IMG/VR virus record: IMGVR_UViG_3300006092_000199
Reading direction: 5' to 3' (one strand)
Source of the DNA: an uncultured virus (IMG/VR IMGVR_UViG_3300006092_000199)
Taxonomy: Duplodnaviria; Heunggongvirae; Uroviricota; Caudoviricetes
DNA length: 64,000 nt
Under the pieces are notes generated by a model. That model saw only the letters and a list, made by a program, of their open reading frames with translations, was not told the origin of the DNA and searched no databases. The position numbers and the translations under genes are program-made. This document shows, one piece after another, positions 1-8,550 of this stretch. Within the stretch, counting starts at the first letter, position 1. Each line of letters starts with the position of its first letter.

Positions 1-219
1 GGGGGGCAGATGCCTCCCTCGGTGTCCCGTGTTCCTCGCTGGCTTGGCCGCGAGCGGAGGGGGTTGGAAGCCTCTTTGCAGGAACCGACCAATGGTGCCG
101 ACAGCGATCCCGACAGCGTTCCCAATCTGGTCCAAGCAGCCCGGTTGCTCCGACGTGTCGCGCCGCCCACAGTGGGCCACCTGGGCCACCTCAGGTTCAG
201 GCAACTCATGGAGACGAAC

Positions 220-600
220 ATGGATCGTGTGATCCGATTTGACTACACCGTCACGAGCAAGATGATCTGCGACTTGATGACCACCTTCATCGAGAGCGGG
301 GGCATGATCTCGTGGCCGACCAAGGTTCAGTTCTACACTTGGGACACCGAGGGGAACAAGACCAAGGTCTCCTACCACGACACCTGGAAGGAGGGCTCGA
401 CCTTCTATGACGGACGCTGGTCTCTTGAGATCACGGACGAGGAAGGCACCCACATGCTCGGGTGGAAGAAGCTCAAGTGGGCGCTGGAGCGCCCTGAGCG
501 CAAGAAGGACACGGCGGACTTCTTGGATGAGAACTACGACGTCGAAACCGCCGACAACCTCGTTCAAACTGCCATCTTCAAGGAGATCGTATATGGCTGA
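220..600 (+). CDS. hypothetical early protein
   Basis: ATG at 220 after GGAG; codon usage typical of this phage; overlaps the next start. Confidence 0.7.
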   Translation: MDRVIRFDYTVTSKMICDLMTTFIESGGMISWPTKVQFYTWDTEGNKTKVSYHDTWKEGSTFYDGRWSLEITDEEGTHMLGWKKLKWALERPERKKDTADFLDENYDVETADNLVQTAIFKEIVYG

Positions 601-1135
601 GATCAAGACAATGCGCCTGGAGGACCTGCTGGGTCTCATCAGCGGAGGGTCCAAGACCCTCAACAAGGAGGGTGTCGACGGACGCAAGTCCACGATGCTC
701 ACGCTCGACGGACAGGGCGACCGAGCCAGCTTCGTGGCCACGTTCGAGAAGAGCCTCGACGCGGCGATGGAGACTGCCGAGCGCGAGGGCAACGACATCG
801 AGCTGTGCGTCCACGGGACCATCTTCGTGAGCTCGCTCAAGCCGAAGGCCGACGAGCCGAAGAAGGGCTTCACCCTCCCGACCTTCACGGCCATCTTCAA
901 GGCGATGATTGCCGGCAGCTTCAAGCCCATCACCGACTACAGCGGCTTCATGGGCATCGAGGGCGACGGCTTCATCTGGGATGCCCCGGACTTCAGCGTC
1001 GTGATTGACCTGACCGACGAGGGCTACCGCTTCGAGGTCATCGGCCCTGACGGCGAGACCATCGCCATGAGCCCCAGGGCTGTGTCAGTGAACGAGGCGA
1101 TCGGAACCCTGGAGACTCTCCAGCACAAGAAGTGA
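593..1135 (+). CDS. hypothetical protein
   Basis: AGGAG RBS, ATG at 593 (MAEIKTMRL...), coupled to the upstream ORF. Confidence 0.7.
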   Translation: MAEIKTMRLEDLLGLISGGSKTLNKEGVDGRKSTMLTLDGQGDRASFVATFEKSLDAAMETAEREGNDIELCVHGTIFVSSLKPKADEPKKGFTLPTFTAIFKAMIAGSFKPITDYSGFMGIEGDGFIWDAPDFSVVIDLTDEGYRFEVIGPDGETIAMSPRAVSVNEAIGTLETLQHKK

Positions 1136-1220
1136 CGCGGCCTCAGGCCCACCGCGTCGCACGCGGCCCATGGAGTTTCATCCTTTCGCCCTGGGCCGCA
1201 CCTCATCAACGGAGAGACCG

Positions 1221-1421
1221 ATGACCCCCAAGTACCCAGAGATCAAGCTCAAGCTGACCGGATGCGACGGCAACGCCTTCGCGGTGATGGCTCGTGGGCG
1301 CACTGCTCTGCGCAAGGCCAAGCTGAGCGAGGATGTCGTGAAGGAGTTCACGACAGAGGCCACATCCGGTGACTACGACCATCTGCTCCAGACCTGCATG
1401 AAGTGGATGGATGTGAGCTGA
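1221..1421 (+). CDS. small conserved phage protein (GxDGNAF...SGDYDHLL type)
   Basis: GGAGAG RBS; motif LTGCDGNAFAVM...ATSGDYDHLL, which I recognise from small phage hypotheticals. Confidence 0.7.
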   Translation: MTPKYPEIKLKLTGCDGNAFAVMARGRTALRKAKLSEDVVKEFTTEATSGDYDHLLQTCMKWMDVS

Positions 1422-1509
1422 TGGAACGCGGCAGCCCCATTGCCGCGACCCCTCCCCAGGCCCACCCTGGGTGCACGCTGTCAATCAGGACAGCGAAAGG
1501 AGAACGACA

Positions 1510-2124
1510 ATGATCTTCCGTGTATTTGAGATCACCGACGACGGGAGCCTGGTCCGTCGCGGCGAGTTCGACACGCCCGATTTCATCGCGGCTGCCGAGC
1601 TCTTCATCGCGCAGTTCAAGCTCGTGCGGTACAGCAAGTCCCAGAGGGGAGAGCCGATGGGCGTCCTCCACATGATGGACATCTCCAATGGCGAGATCCA
1701 CTGGATGCTGGAGGAGGGACCTCACCAGCTGGCCGTGAAGAAGATGGAGCCGGACGACGTGATGCCGCTCGACTGGCTGGTCCGTCCTCTTGTTGACGCC
1801 CGCGTGGCCGAGCTCGAGGAGAAGATCGAAGAGCTCGAGGACCAGACCGAGGAGCTCGAGCGGGACAAGGACAAGATGGACCGCAAGATCGGCGAGCTGA
1901 TGGACGTGATTGACTCCGCCAGCAGCGACATCACCAATGCTCGCGCAGAGATCAGCAACGTGGCATTCCCCAACATCGATGACATGCGCTCCGAGCTGAA
2001 GGCTGGCATGGAGCGCCTGATCGACGACCTCGTGACCGGGGAGGCCCCCGACCTCGACGACCTGGACAGCACCCTCCAGGGGATCGAGAACGATCTTGAT
2101 GGTGCAGACGGGAGCATCTACTGA
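1510..2124 (+). CDS. hypothetical protein with acidic coiled-coil C-terminal half
   Basis: AAGGAG RBS; heptad-rich segment VAELEEKIEELEDQTEELERDKDK. Confidence 0.7.
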   Translation: MIFRVFEITDDGSLVRRGEFDTPDFIAAAELFIAQFKLVRYSKSQRGEPMGVLHMMDISNGEIHWMLEEGPHQLAVKKMEPDDVMPLDWLVRPLVDARVAELEEKIEELEDQTEELERDKDKMDRKIGELMDVIDSASSDITNARAEISNVAFPNIDDMRSELKAGMERLIDDLVTGEAPDLDDLDSTLQGIENDLDGADGSIY

Positions 2125-2699
2125 TGACCAAGAAGATCTTCATCCTCACTCTCGAGGACGACGCCAAGTCGAGGGAGCTCCTGAGCGAGCTCCTGATGCG
2201 CGGCTTCTCCGTGAAGCCATACATCGCCCCGAAACCTGCGGAGATCGCCAGCGTGGTCTCCCCTGACCAGGCCAAGGCGATGGCGCACTCTCTCATGTAC
2301 GGTGACAAGGTGCTGGTCAAGGATCAGGCCGACCCTGAGATGAATGGTGTGGCGACGGTCCGCACCCTCAACAAGGACGGCTCGGTCCGCATGCCAAAGA
2401 TCAAGCTGGTCAACGGCAAGGGCATCTATGAGAACTTTGTCGAGTGGGTGGGCAGTCGCTCTGCCTTCACCGAGGCCAGCATGAGGATGTGGTTCGCCAA
2501 GCTCGAGGAGAAGTGCGCAGACGGGACCGTCCGCAGGTTCAACTCGCACTCGTTCAGCACCCTCAAGCACGAGCTCACGAAGAGCGGGCTCATGGTCTGC
2601 CACGATGGCAAGTGCCTCGTCGACCCGGACGTCCTGGCCGCGACCACTGGGCAGGAGATGCGGCTCAAGGTCGAGCAGATCCGCAAGTCGCAGTCATAG
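2124..2699 (+). CDS. hypothetical protein
   Basis: TGATG overlap with the previous stop; 191 aa. Confidence 0.7.
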   Translation: MTKKIFILTLEDDAKSRELLSELLMRGFSVKPYIAPKPAEIASVVSPDQAKAMAHSLMYGDKVLVKDQADPEMNGVATVRTLNKDGSVRMPKIKLVNGKGIYENFVEWVGSRSAFTEASMRMWFAKLEEKCADGTVRRFNSHSFSTLKHELTKSGLMVCHDGKCLVDPDVLAATTGQEMRLKVEQIRKSQS

Positions 2700-2705
2700 C
2701 AACCT

Positions 2706-2735
2706 GGTTGGCCTCTGCCTTCGCGGGGGCCAACC
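2706..2735 (+). terminator. stem-loop (possible terminator or processing hairpin)
   Basis: GGTTGGCCTCTGC-CTTC-GCGGGGGCCAACC just after the stop at 2699; no U-tract. Confidence 0.35.
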
Positions 2736-2781
2736 TAGTCTCACCCTGGCAATCGGGCCAGGGGCCAACGAGGATAGACTG

Positions 2782-3297
2782 ATGCAAGGCTCTCTCATCT
2801 ACACCCACCCATGTGGGAACTCATACGAGATCCAGAAGTACCTGGATGTCTCGCTCGCCAAGCAGTGCTCCATGTGGCGATACCGCCTGTGTGACTCCCA
2901 GGTGGATTGGTCCAGTGGCTGGCACCGCGCCGAGGACGCGGTCTCAGCGATCGACGACCTGTGCTTCGACCTCCTGCCCAGGGAGGGCGAGCCTGAGCCC
3001 GCGTGGTTCTCCTGCGCGATCGTCATGCATGACAAGTCGTACGGCGGACCCGAGGAGGGCGGCTGGTGGTACGACACCTTCGAGCCACAGATGGGGCCGG
3101 ACGTCCCGATGCCCGCCATCTTCAAGACCCGCGCCGAGGCCGAGCACTGGTGCGACGAGCAGACTGAGTGGTGCGTCGAGCAGAACCAGGACCGCCACTC
3201 TCCTGGCTCGACCATCAGCGACGGCCACTACACCACAATGATCTACGAGGCAGAGTTCCCCTGCCACGAGCCGAAGGAGGTCCCCCACTATGAGTGA
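2782..3297 (+). CDS. hypothetical protein (YGGPEEGGWWY motif)
   Basis: GAGGA RBS, ATG at 2782; conserved-looking YGGPEEGGWWYD motif. Confidence 0.65.
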   Translation: MQGSLIYTHPCGNSYEIQKYLDVSLAKQCSMWRYRLCDSQVDWSSGWHRAEDAVSAIDDLCFDLLPREGEPEPAWFSCAIVMHDKSYGGPEEGGWWYDTFEPQMGPDVPMPAIFKTRAEAEHWCDEQTEWCVEQNQDRHSPGSTISDGHYTTMIYEAEFPCHEPKEVPHYE

Positions 3298-3553
3298 TGT
3301 CATCCTGAACGTGAGCGCCCGCTCGCACCCGGCGCTGCCGGACCTGCCGATGTGTGTGGTCCTGGGAGTGCTGGTCCAGCACCCGATGGAGCACGGCTAT
3401 CGCGTCTATGTCGCGATCGTCCCTGACAACTCTCTCAATGACCCTCGCTACGAGCTCGTGAGAGACTGGGTGGTCGCCCATGGCCGACACGCCTCGCTCG
3501 CAGAGGCGCGGCTGTTCTATCCCAACCTGGAGGAGGATCGGTACACGAGATGA
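3290..3553 (+). CDS. hypothetical protein
   Basis: AGGAGG RBS; overlapping start/stop chain. Confidence 0.65.
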   Translation: MSDVILNVSARSHPALPDLPMCVVLGVLVQHPMEHGYRVYVAIVPDNSLNDPRYELVRDWVVAHGRHASLAEARLFYPNLEEDRYTR

Positions 3554-3741
3554 GAACACCAGAGATCACCCTGGATGCTCTGCAGCGAGAGATGGAGCGA
3601 GCCATGCGCACGCCCGATCGCAAGAGCGGTGCCTCCTTCGTGCAGCTGGACACTCGGGTCCTCCAGTGGATCCTCGATGACCTGCGTGCCATGGCCCTGT
3701 CCGAGGCAGAGGCCGAGGCCCACAAGACAGGAGTGTTCTGA
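3550..3741 (+). CDS. hypothetical protein
   Basis: ATGA overlap; GGAGG RBS. Confidence 0.6.
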   Translation: MRTPEITLDALQREMERAMRTPDRKSGASFVQLDTRVLQWILDDLRAMALSEAEAEAHKTGVF

Positions 3742-4091
3742 TGGTCATGATCTCAGGGATCGTGCGACTGAGCCGGGTCATCGTCTGCGAGAAGTGCGGC
3801 TGCAAGTCGATGTCCACCACTCGACACGAGCTGGACCGCGTGATGGCCCAGTCACTCAAGGGACGCAGGCTCTCACGAGACCCATTCTCCCGCAGCGAGC
3901 TGTGGGTGATCCGCGACTACTCCTGCTTCACAGGCAGTCGTCGCGGCTGCGACTGGTGCGGCCAGACCCACGAGGGACCTGGTGCCCATCCATACCTGAA
4001 CCACTACTGGCGTGAATACGACAGTGGCCGTCGCGCAGAGATCAACGGTCGCTTCTGCTCGGTGTCCTGCATGCGATCGTACAACCACTGA
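3741..4091 (+). CDS. hypothetical Cys-rich (zinc-binding-like) protein
   Basis: TGATG overlap; CEKC, CDWC and FCSVSC motifs. Confidence 0.55.
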   Translation: MVMISGIVRLSRVIVCEKCGCKSMSTTRHELDRVMAQSLKGRRLSRDPFSRSELWVIRDYSCFTGSRRGCDWCGQTHEGPGAHPYLNHYWREYDSGRRAEINGRFCSVSCMRSYNH

Positions 4092-4104
4092 GAGGAGATA
4101 TCTC

Positions 4105-4461
4105 ATGAAGCCCCACCACTATTCTATCCTGGCCGCGCTCATGGCCCATCACAACATGGGCCTCGACGCTGCCGATCCGACCAACGCCGCCCGCATGCTC
4201 CTTCGCGAGAAGAAGCCATGGATCGAGCGCATGACCGTCGAGTCAGCCAGCAACCACCTGTCCCAGGCCTGGATGGAGAGCGACGAGATCCAGGCTGCCT
4301 TCCACGAGGAGGCCCGCTCCTGGGAGGAGCAGCTCAAGTCCCTGGGCATTGTCCAGATCTTCAAGACCTGGCCCTGGCTGAGCGAGTGCGTGAGCCCGCG
4401 CGAGCTCGAGCCGGACTATGATGCCATGCTCAACAAGGAGGAGGCACGACTGTGCTCATAG
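4105..4461 (+). CDS. hypothetical protein
   Basis: GAGGAG RBS, ATG at 4105. Confidence 0.65.
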   Translation: MKPHHYSILAALMAHHNMGLDAADPTNAARMLLREKKPWIERMTVESASNHLSQAWMESDEIQAAFHEEARSWEEQLKSLGIVQIFKTWPWLSECVSPRELEPDYDAMLNKEEARLCS

Positions 4462-4748
4462 ATCTCGAGTACTACGCCGCCCAGACCATCCGGGCGCGGG
4501 CGCTGGTGAACGTCGACAGCATCCGCATGGTGATGGTGCACCCGGACGGGCAGTGCTCGCTCCGACTGCCCGACCTCACCCTGAGGCTCGTCCCGGAGTG
4601 GCCTGTGGAGCGCCTGCTGGCCGTGCTCCCGATGGCCGTCGAGACCCGCCCAGGAGCCGCGTCTGGCGGTGCCGAGGCCCAGGGGCAGGAGGGTGGCCCC
4701 CGCCAGGGCGGCGCTGCCTCTCCGAGGCGCTCCACCAAGCGGTCGTGA
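4452..4748 (+). CDS. hypothetical protein, possible FlbD/LytTR-like small beta domain
   Basis: GGAGG RBS, GTG start; LVNVDSIRMV motif resembles the minus-strand paralogues at 10-11.3 kb. Confidence 0.5.
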   Translation: MLIDLEYYAAQTIRARALVNVDSIRMVMVHPDGQCSLRLPDLTLRLVPEWPVERLLAVLPMAVETRPGAASGGAEAQGQEGGPRQGGAASPRRSTKRS

Positions 4749-4755
4749 GGCCGCC

Positions 4756-4953
4756 ATGGGGAACTGCCCTCACACGAACTTCACGGCGGGCAAGAGAGTG
4801 CGCGTCGTGACCCACCAGAAGCGCGTGATCCACTGCCGCTTCGTGGAGCAGAGATCGAGGTTCCTCGTCTTCCGGCTGGAGGACGGGACTCATGAGAAGA
4901 TCAACAGACGCGACCTCAAGTCCGTCACAATCGAGAAGGAGCACGGACCATGA
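4756..4953 (+). CDS. hypothetical protein
   Basis: GAGG RBS, ATG at 4756; fills the gap in a coupled operon. Confidence 0.55.
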   Translation: MGNCPHTNFTAGKRVRVVTHQKRVIHCRFVEQRSRFLVFRLEDGTHEKINRRDLKSVTIEKEHGP

Positions 4954-5393
4954 ACCTGGAGAGAATGCTGGAGCTGAGGGACCATCTCTCGCGGCAGAGC
5001 GAGGCCAGCTTCGCCATGGAGGACTTCCTCGTCACCCGCGACCAGTGGGGCGACGAGGTGTCACTCGGCAAGGAGCATTCAGACTGCCACACGGCTGGCT
5101 GCATCGCTGGCCATGTCGCACTGATGTGCTTCCCCGGAGGCACGACCGCGACGGCCATCCGCCGTCATCTGGGTGAGATGGGGACCACGATCCAGGACCA
5201 CGCCGCCACGTTCCTGGGCCTGACCGAGAGGGAGTCAGACACGCTGTTCCTGCCTGACAGCGACGCTCTGCTCGACCTGGGCATCAAGAATGTGTCACTG
5301 CCGATTGCCCTGCGCATGATCGACAACTGCATCGAGGCCGGGGCTGTCACCCCCGAGCTCTGGCAGAGGACCATTCGGGAGTGGCTCTCATGA
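4950..5393 (+). CDS. hypothetical protein (CHTAGCIAGH motif)
   Basis: AAGGAG RBS, ATGA overlap; CxTxGCIAG motif common in phage hypotheticals. Confidence 0.65.
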   Translation: MNLERMLELRDHLSRQSEASFAMEDFLVTRDQWGDEVSLGKEHSDCHTAGCIAGHVALMCFPGGTTATAIRRHLGEMGTTIQDHAATFLGLTERESDTLFLPDSDALLDLGIKNVSLPIALRMIDNCIEAGAVTPELWQRTIREWLS

Positions 5394-5968
5394 AGTACAC
5401 ATCGATCCGCGACATCCCCATGTTCACACGCGCCCCGAACTACCAGGCCGATGTGAGCTGGGACTACATCATCGAGTGGATGGAGAGCCACAGGCCGGAC
5501 CTGGACCCCGACTTCCAGCGCGGCCACGTGTGGACCAGAGATCAGCAGATCGCATTCGTCGAGTTCTGCCTCCGTGGTGGCACATCTGGCCGGAACCTCT
5601 ACTTCAACTCTCAGGACTTCATCCGTCGCGGCAATGATCTCGTCATGGTCGACGGGAAGCAGCGTGTCACGGCGGTGATGAGCTGGCTCCGGGGCGAGTT
5701 CCCTGTCTTCGGTGACACGTGGCGGAGGGACCTGGATGTCATCCCATTCTGCGATCACAACACGTCGTTCCGCGTCCACATCAACAATCTCCAGACAAGG
5801 GCCGAGATCCTCCGCTGGTATCTGGAGATGAACGAGGGTGGCACGCCTCACACTGCCCAGGAGCTGGAGCGCGTCCGCCATCTGGCGCGGATGGAGGCCG
5901 GACCGAGGCCGAGGCCGGATCTCGGCGGCAGGTCGGTGGACGACTTCGTCAAGCTGATGAGAGACTGA
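5390..5968 (+). CDS. DUF262 (ParB/GmrSD N-terminal-like) domain protein
   Basis: LDPDFQRGHVW and VDGKQRVTA match the DUF262 QR...W and DGQQR signatures. Confidence 0.75.
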   Translation: MKYTSIRDIPMFTRAPNYQADVSWDYIIEWMESHRPDLDPDFQRGHVWTRDQQIAFVEFCLRGGTSGRNLYFNSQDFIRRGNDLVMVDGKQRVTAVMSWLRGEFPVFGDTWRRDLDVIPFCDHNTSFRVHINNLQTRAEILRWYLEMNEGGTPHTAQELERVRHLARMEAGPRPRPDLGGRSVDDFVKLMRD

Positions 5969-5970
5969 CG

Positions 5971-6174
5971 GTGAGGACGCTGTACACACTGATCATGGTC
6001 ATCCTCGGTGACGCCGGGGATGATCGTGCATACGTGATTGAGCGAGACCTTCCGCTGCAGCACTGTGCTGGGAGGGCCGCGCAGGAGCGAGGCGCTGCTC
6101 TGGGGACTGCTCTTGAGAGACGAGTGCGCGTGCTCTGCCTGGAGCAGCCTGTGGTGGACTGGAGGGAGAGATGA
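5971..6174 (+). CDS. hypothetical protein
   Basis: GTG at 5971 right after the upstream stop; stop overlaps the next ATG. Confidence 0.45.
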   Translation: MRTLYTLIMVILGDAGDDRAYVIERDLPLQHCAGRAAQERGAALGTALERRVRVLCLEQPVVDWRER

Positions 6175-6566
6175 AGAAGATGAAGACTGTCTGGTTCGAG
6201 GCCGGGAACAAGGTGGCCTGGGACGCCTACTCCAAGAAAGCCGAGCGAGGGAAGGTGTACTGCCGCAGGACTGAGAAAGAGGAGCTGTGCCTTCGCTGCA
6301 TCAATCGAGTGTGGGCTCCCCCTGCCCCTCTGCTCTACAACTACGTGGCAACAGATCAGCAGCGATGCTCCATGTGCGGATGCTACATTGAACCGTCGGA
6401 GTCAGTGCGAAAGAGGCTTCAGGCAAAGCGAAAGTCTGAGGGCCAAAGCGCCTGGGAGAAGCGCGAAGGGATGAGAGAACGAGCCCGTCTGCTCCACGAA
6501 CCCACCCGCGTCGAGTACATCATCGGGTCACCACGGAGGGTGCATGACGTCGATCCTGACACTTGA
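6171..6566 (+). CDS. hypothetical basic protein with CxxC pairs
   Basis: GGAGGGAG RBS; CLRC and CSMC motifs. Confidence 0.55.
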   Translation: MKKMKTVWFEAGNKVAWDAYSKKAERGKVYCRRTEKEELCLRCINRVWAPPAPLLYNYVATDQQRCSMCGCYIEPSESVRKRLQAKRKSEGQSAWEKREGMRERARLLHEPTRVEYIIGSPRRVHDVDPDT

Positions 6567-6776
6567 GCGAGCTCCCCCTGGGGAAGGACCATGGCCCTCC
6601 TGGGCTGTGCGATGGACCTGCTGGACGTCTCATCCCTGAGTCACTGAGTCGGTATGAGAGAGCATCATTATCGTGCCCAGAGAGGAGCTTGCGGCTCATT
6701 GTCTCGGTCACTCATGCCCAGGGGAGGTCGGGTTGCTAGTCCTCCTGGCCGGGAGGATAGGGCTACGAGAGACCCT

Positions 6777-6874
6777 ATTAATTCTCTCTCTCTTTCTTAA
6801 GAGAAGAGAATATATTCTATAAGCTCCTCAAGTTGCACCCTTTTCACTGTCTCTCACAGCAATTCACTGACTCA
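6777..6874. repeat. non-coding element, copy 1 (related to 40853-40952)
   Basis: shares AAGAGAAGAGAAT (6799-6811) and CTCTCACAGCAAttCACTGACTCA (6851-6874, 22/24 identical) with copy 2. Confidence 0.75.
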
Positions 6875-6937
6875 GCTTGAGATGAGTCCACCAGCTCCGC
6901 AGAGTGCCCCTCCCCTGGGCTTGTCCGTCACCTGGGA

Positions 6938-7513
6938 TTGGCCGATCTGTCAGTCCAGACTCACACGTGCGCGGGAGATCCATCGTTGACTGACACTGAC
7001 ACACATATCGTGGAGCGATCTCCAATTCGCTTCGATGATGCAGCGAAGGAACGAGTGATCAACTTCGTCAGGTCCAGCGGCTACTATCCAGGACTGATGG
7101 CCAAGGTCGCATCTGTCAGTCGCGAGACCATCCGTCTCTACATGAAGGAAGATCCTGTCTTCAAGGCAGCGATCGACGACGCGCTGGAGGAGAGGAATGC
7201 AGAGCTTGAGACAGAGGCTCGTCGTCGTGCTGTGGAGGGAGTGACCCGTCGCAAGTACGACAAGGACGGCAATCTGCTCGAGGAGGAGCAGGTGTACAGC
7301 GATCGTCTCATGGAGCGTCTGCTCGAGGCTGACATCGAGAAGTTCAAGAGCAAGAACCCATTCGCGAAGGATGGTGGAGTGGGAGGCGTGCTGCTCATCC
7401 CAGTGATCCCTGCTGAGAAGGCAGTGTCGATCGAGGATCTCTCAGCGAGACTGGAGAAGCTGAGCGTCACGCAGCGATCTCTCGAGGAGACAGAGGGTGG
7501 CACCAAGGAGTGA
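6938..7513 (+). CDS. terminase small subunit (putative; start uncertain)
   Basis: N-terminal HTH-like segment (AKVASVSRETIRLY), then DPVFKAAIDDALEE...LETEARRRAVEG...YSDRLMERLL, typical of TerS. Confidence 0.7.
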   Translation: MADLSVQTHTCAGDPSLTDTDTHIVERSPIRFDDAAKERVINFVRSSGYYPGLMAKVASVSRETIRLYMKEDPVFKAAIDDALEERNAELETEARRRAVEGVTRRKYDKDGNLLEEEQVYSDRLMERLLEADIEKFKSKNPFAKDGGVGGVLLIPVIPAEKAVSIEDLSARLEKLSVTQRSLEETEGGTKE

Positions 7514-7522
7514 TCCCTCCTG

Positions 7523-7566
7523 GAGCCTTCAATCATCACGAGCAACTAGAGCCTTCAATCATCACG
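7523..7566. repeat. 18-bp perfect direct repeat
   Basis: GAGCCTTCAATCATCACG at 7523-7540 and 7549-7566. Confidence 0.9.
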
Positions 7567-7638
7567 GGTGCCCGCTTGCCGCCTGACATCTGCAGGCCCA
7601 CGCTTTGGCATGGCTTTTGAGACGGAAGGAGATCGGCC

Positions 7639-7902
7639 ATGAAGAAGCACAAGTGGACCACTCGCCACTACCAGAGCGAGGCCCCCTATTTCTACGAGCG
7701 ACACCACCTGGTGTGGGAGGTCGACGGTCCGAGCCACGCGGTTGCTGGGATTGTCGCCCACTGCCACGTCCCTGACACCGAGGACTGGTTGTTCGACGGC
7801 GATGCCGACACCCACCCTGTCCTGGGTCCGGGCACCGGACTGGCACATCGCTGGGACGCCAGTGCCCTGTCGCTTGCGAAGCCCACACTGATCCAGGTTT
7901 GA
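7639..7902 (+). CDS. hypothetical protein
   Basis: AAGGAG RBS; 87 aa. Confidence 0.55.
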   Translation: MKKHKWTTRHYQSEAPYFYERHHLVWEVDGPSHAVAGIVAHCHVPDTEDWLFDGDADTHPVLGPGTGLAHRWDASALSLAKPTLIQV

Positions 7903-8100
7903 AGGCCGATGGTCGACCAGAGCACTGGTCGGCCTGGCTTTCTGCCAGACGCCAGAGAGATCCGTCCGTCGGCGACAGATCCATGATTGATCAATCTATA
8001 GATCATGACTGAGAGATCCATCGAGGGTGATCGGCTGATCGGTCTGCGAGAGATCGTGGAGGGTCAGCGACAGATCTCGAGACAGATCTCTCTGGAGCTT

Positions 8101-8463
8101 CGTTAACCTTAATAAGTAAGGTTAATAAGTAAGGTTAATTATTAAGGTTAACGCCGCATTAGGGTTAACCGTTAGGGTTAACGGAGAGTTAACGTTAGGG
8201 TCTCATTAACCTTAACGGTTAGGGTTAATGGAGACTTAACGCGCCGGTAGGGCCATTAACCATAGATCGGTAGGGCCGAGATTGAGAGATCGATCCGTTA
8301 ACCATAGATCAATCGCCGACAGATCGATCTGGCAGCTCTAACGATCTGTTAAGATCTGTCGCCCTATGCGCGTGCGCGCCCACATGATTAACGAGGGCCG
8401 AGGGCCGTTAACCCTCTGTTAACCATGCCTGCCACCGCCTGGTCGCGTTAACGGTCTGTTAAC
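8101..8463. promoter_or_regulatory. array of CtrA-consensus boxes (TTAA-N7-TTAAC) with AT-rich inverted and direct repeats
   Basis: perfect boxes at 8178-8193, 8225-8240, 8408-8423 and 8448-8463; near-match 8338-8352; many half sites; 15-bp inverted repeat 8101-8115/8139-8153. Confidence 0.75.
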
Positions 8464-8550
8464 AATTGGCGGCATATCCTTCGTCTCGTGGTTAGGGCGA
8501 TGCCCACCGCCCCTGGGAAATCCCTCCCTCGGAACTCAATGGAGACTACC

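Noticed and set aside
6638..6962. Five GANTC (CcrM) sites upstream of terS
   Set aside because: GANTC is found throughout the genome and I cannot show significance by eye; noted only as part of the duplicated element.
8159..8224. TTAGGG hexamers resembling telomeric repeats
   Set aside because: Only four non-tandem copies, embedded in the TTAA-box repeats; no protelomerase or other telomere context.
7523..8463. Possible CRISPR mini-array
   Set aside because: Repeats occur only in pairs with 8-18 bp spacers, lack a constant repeat-spacer period, and no cas genes are present.
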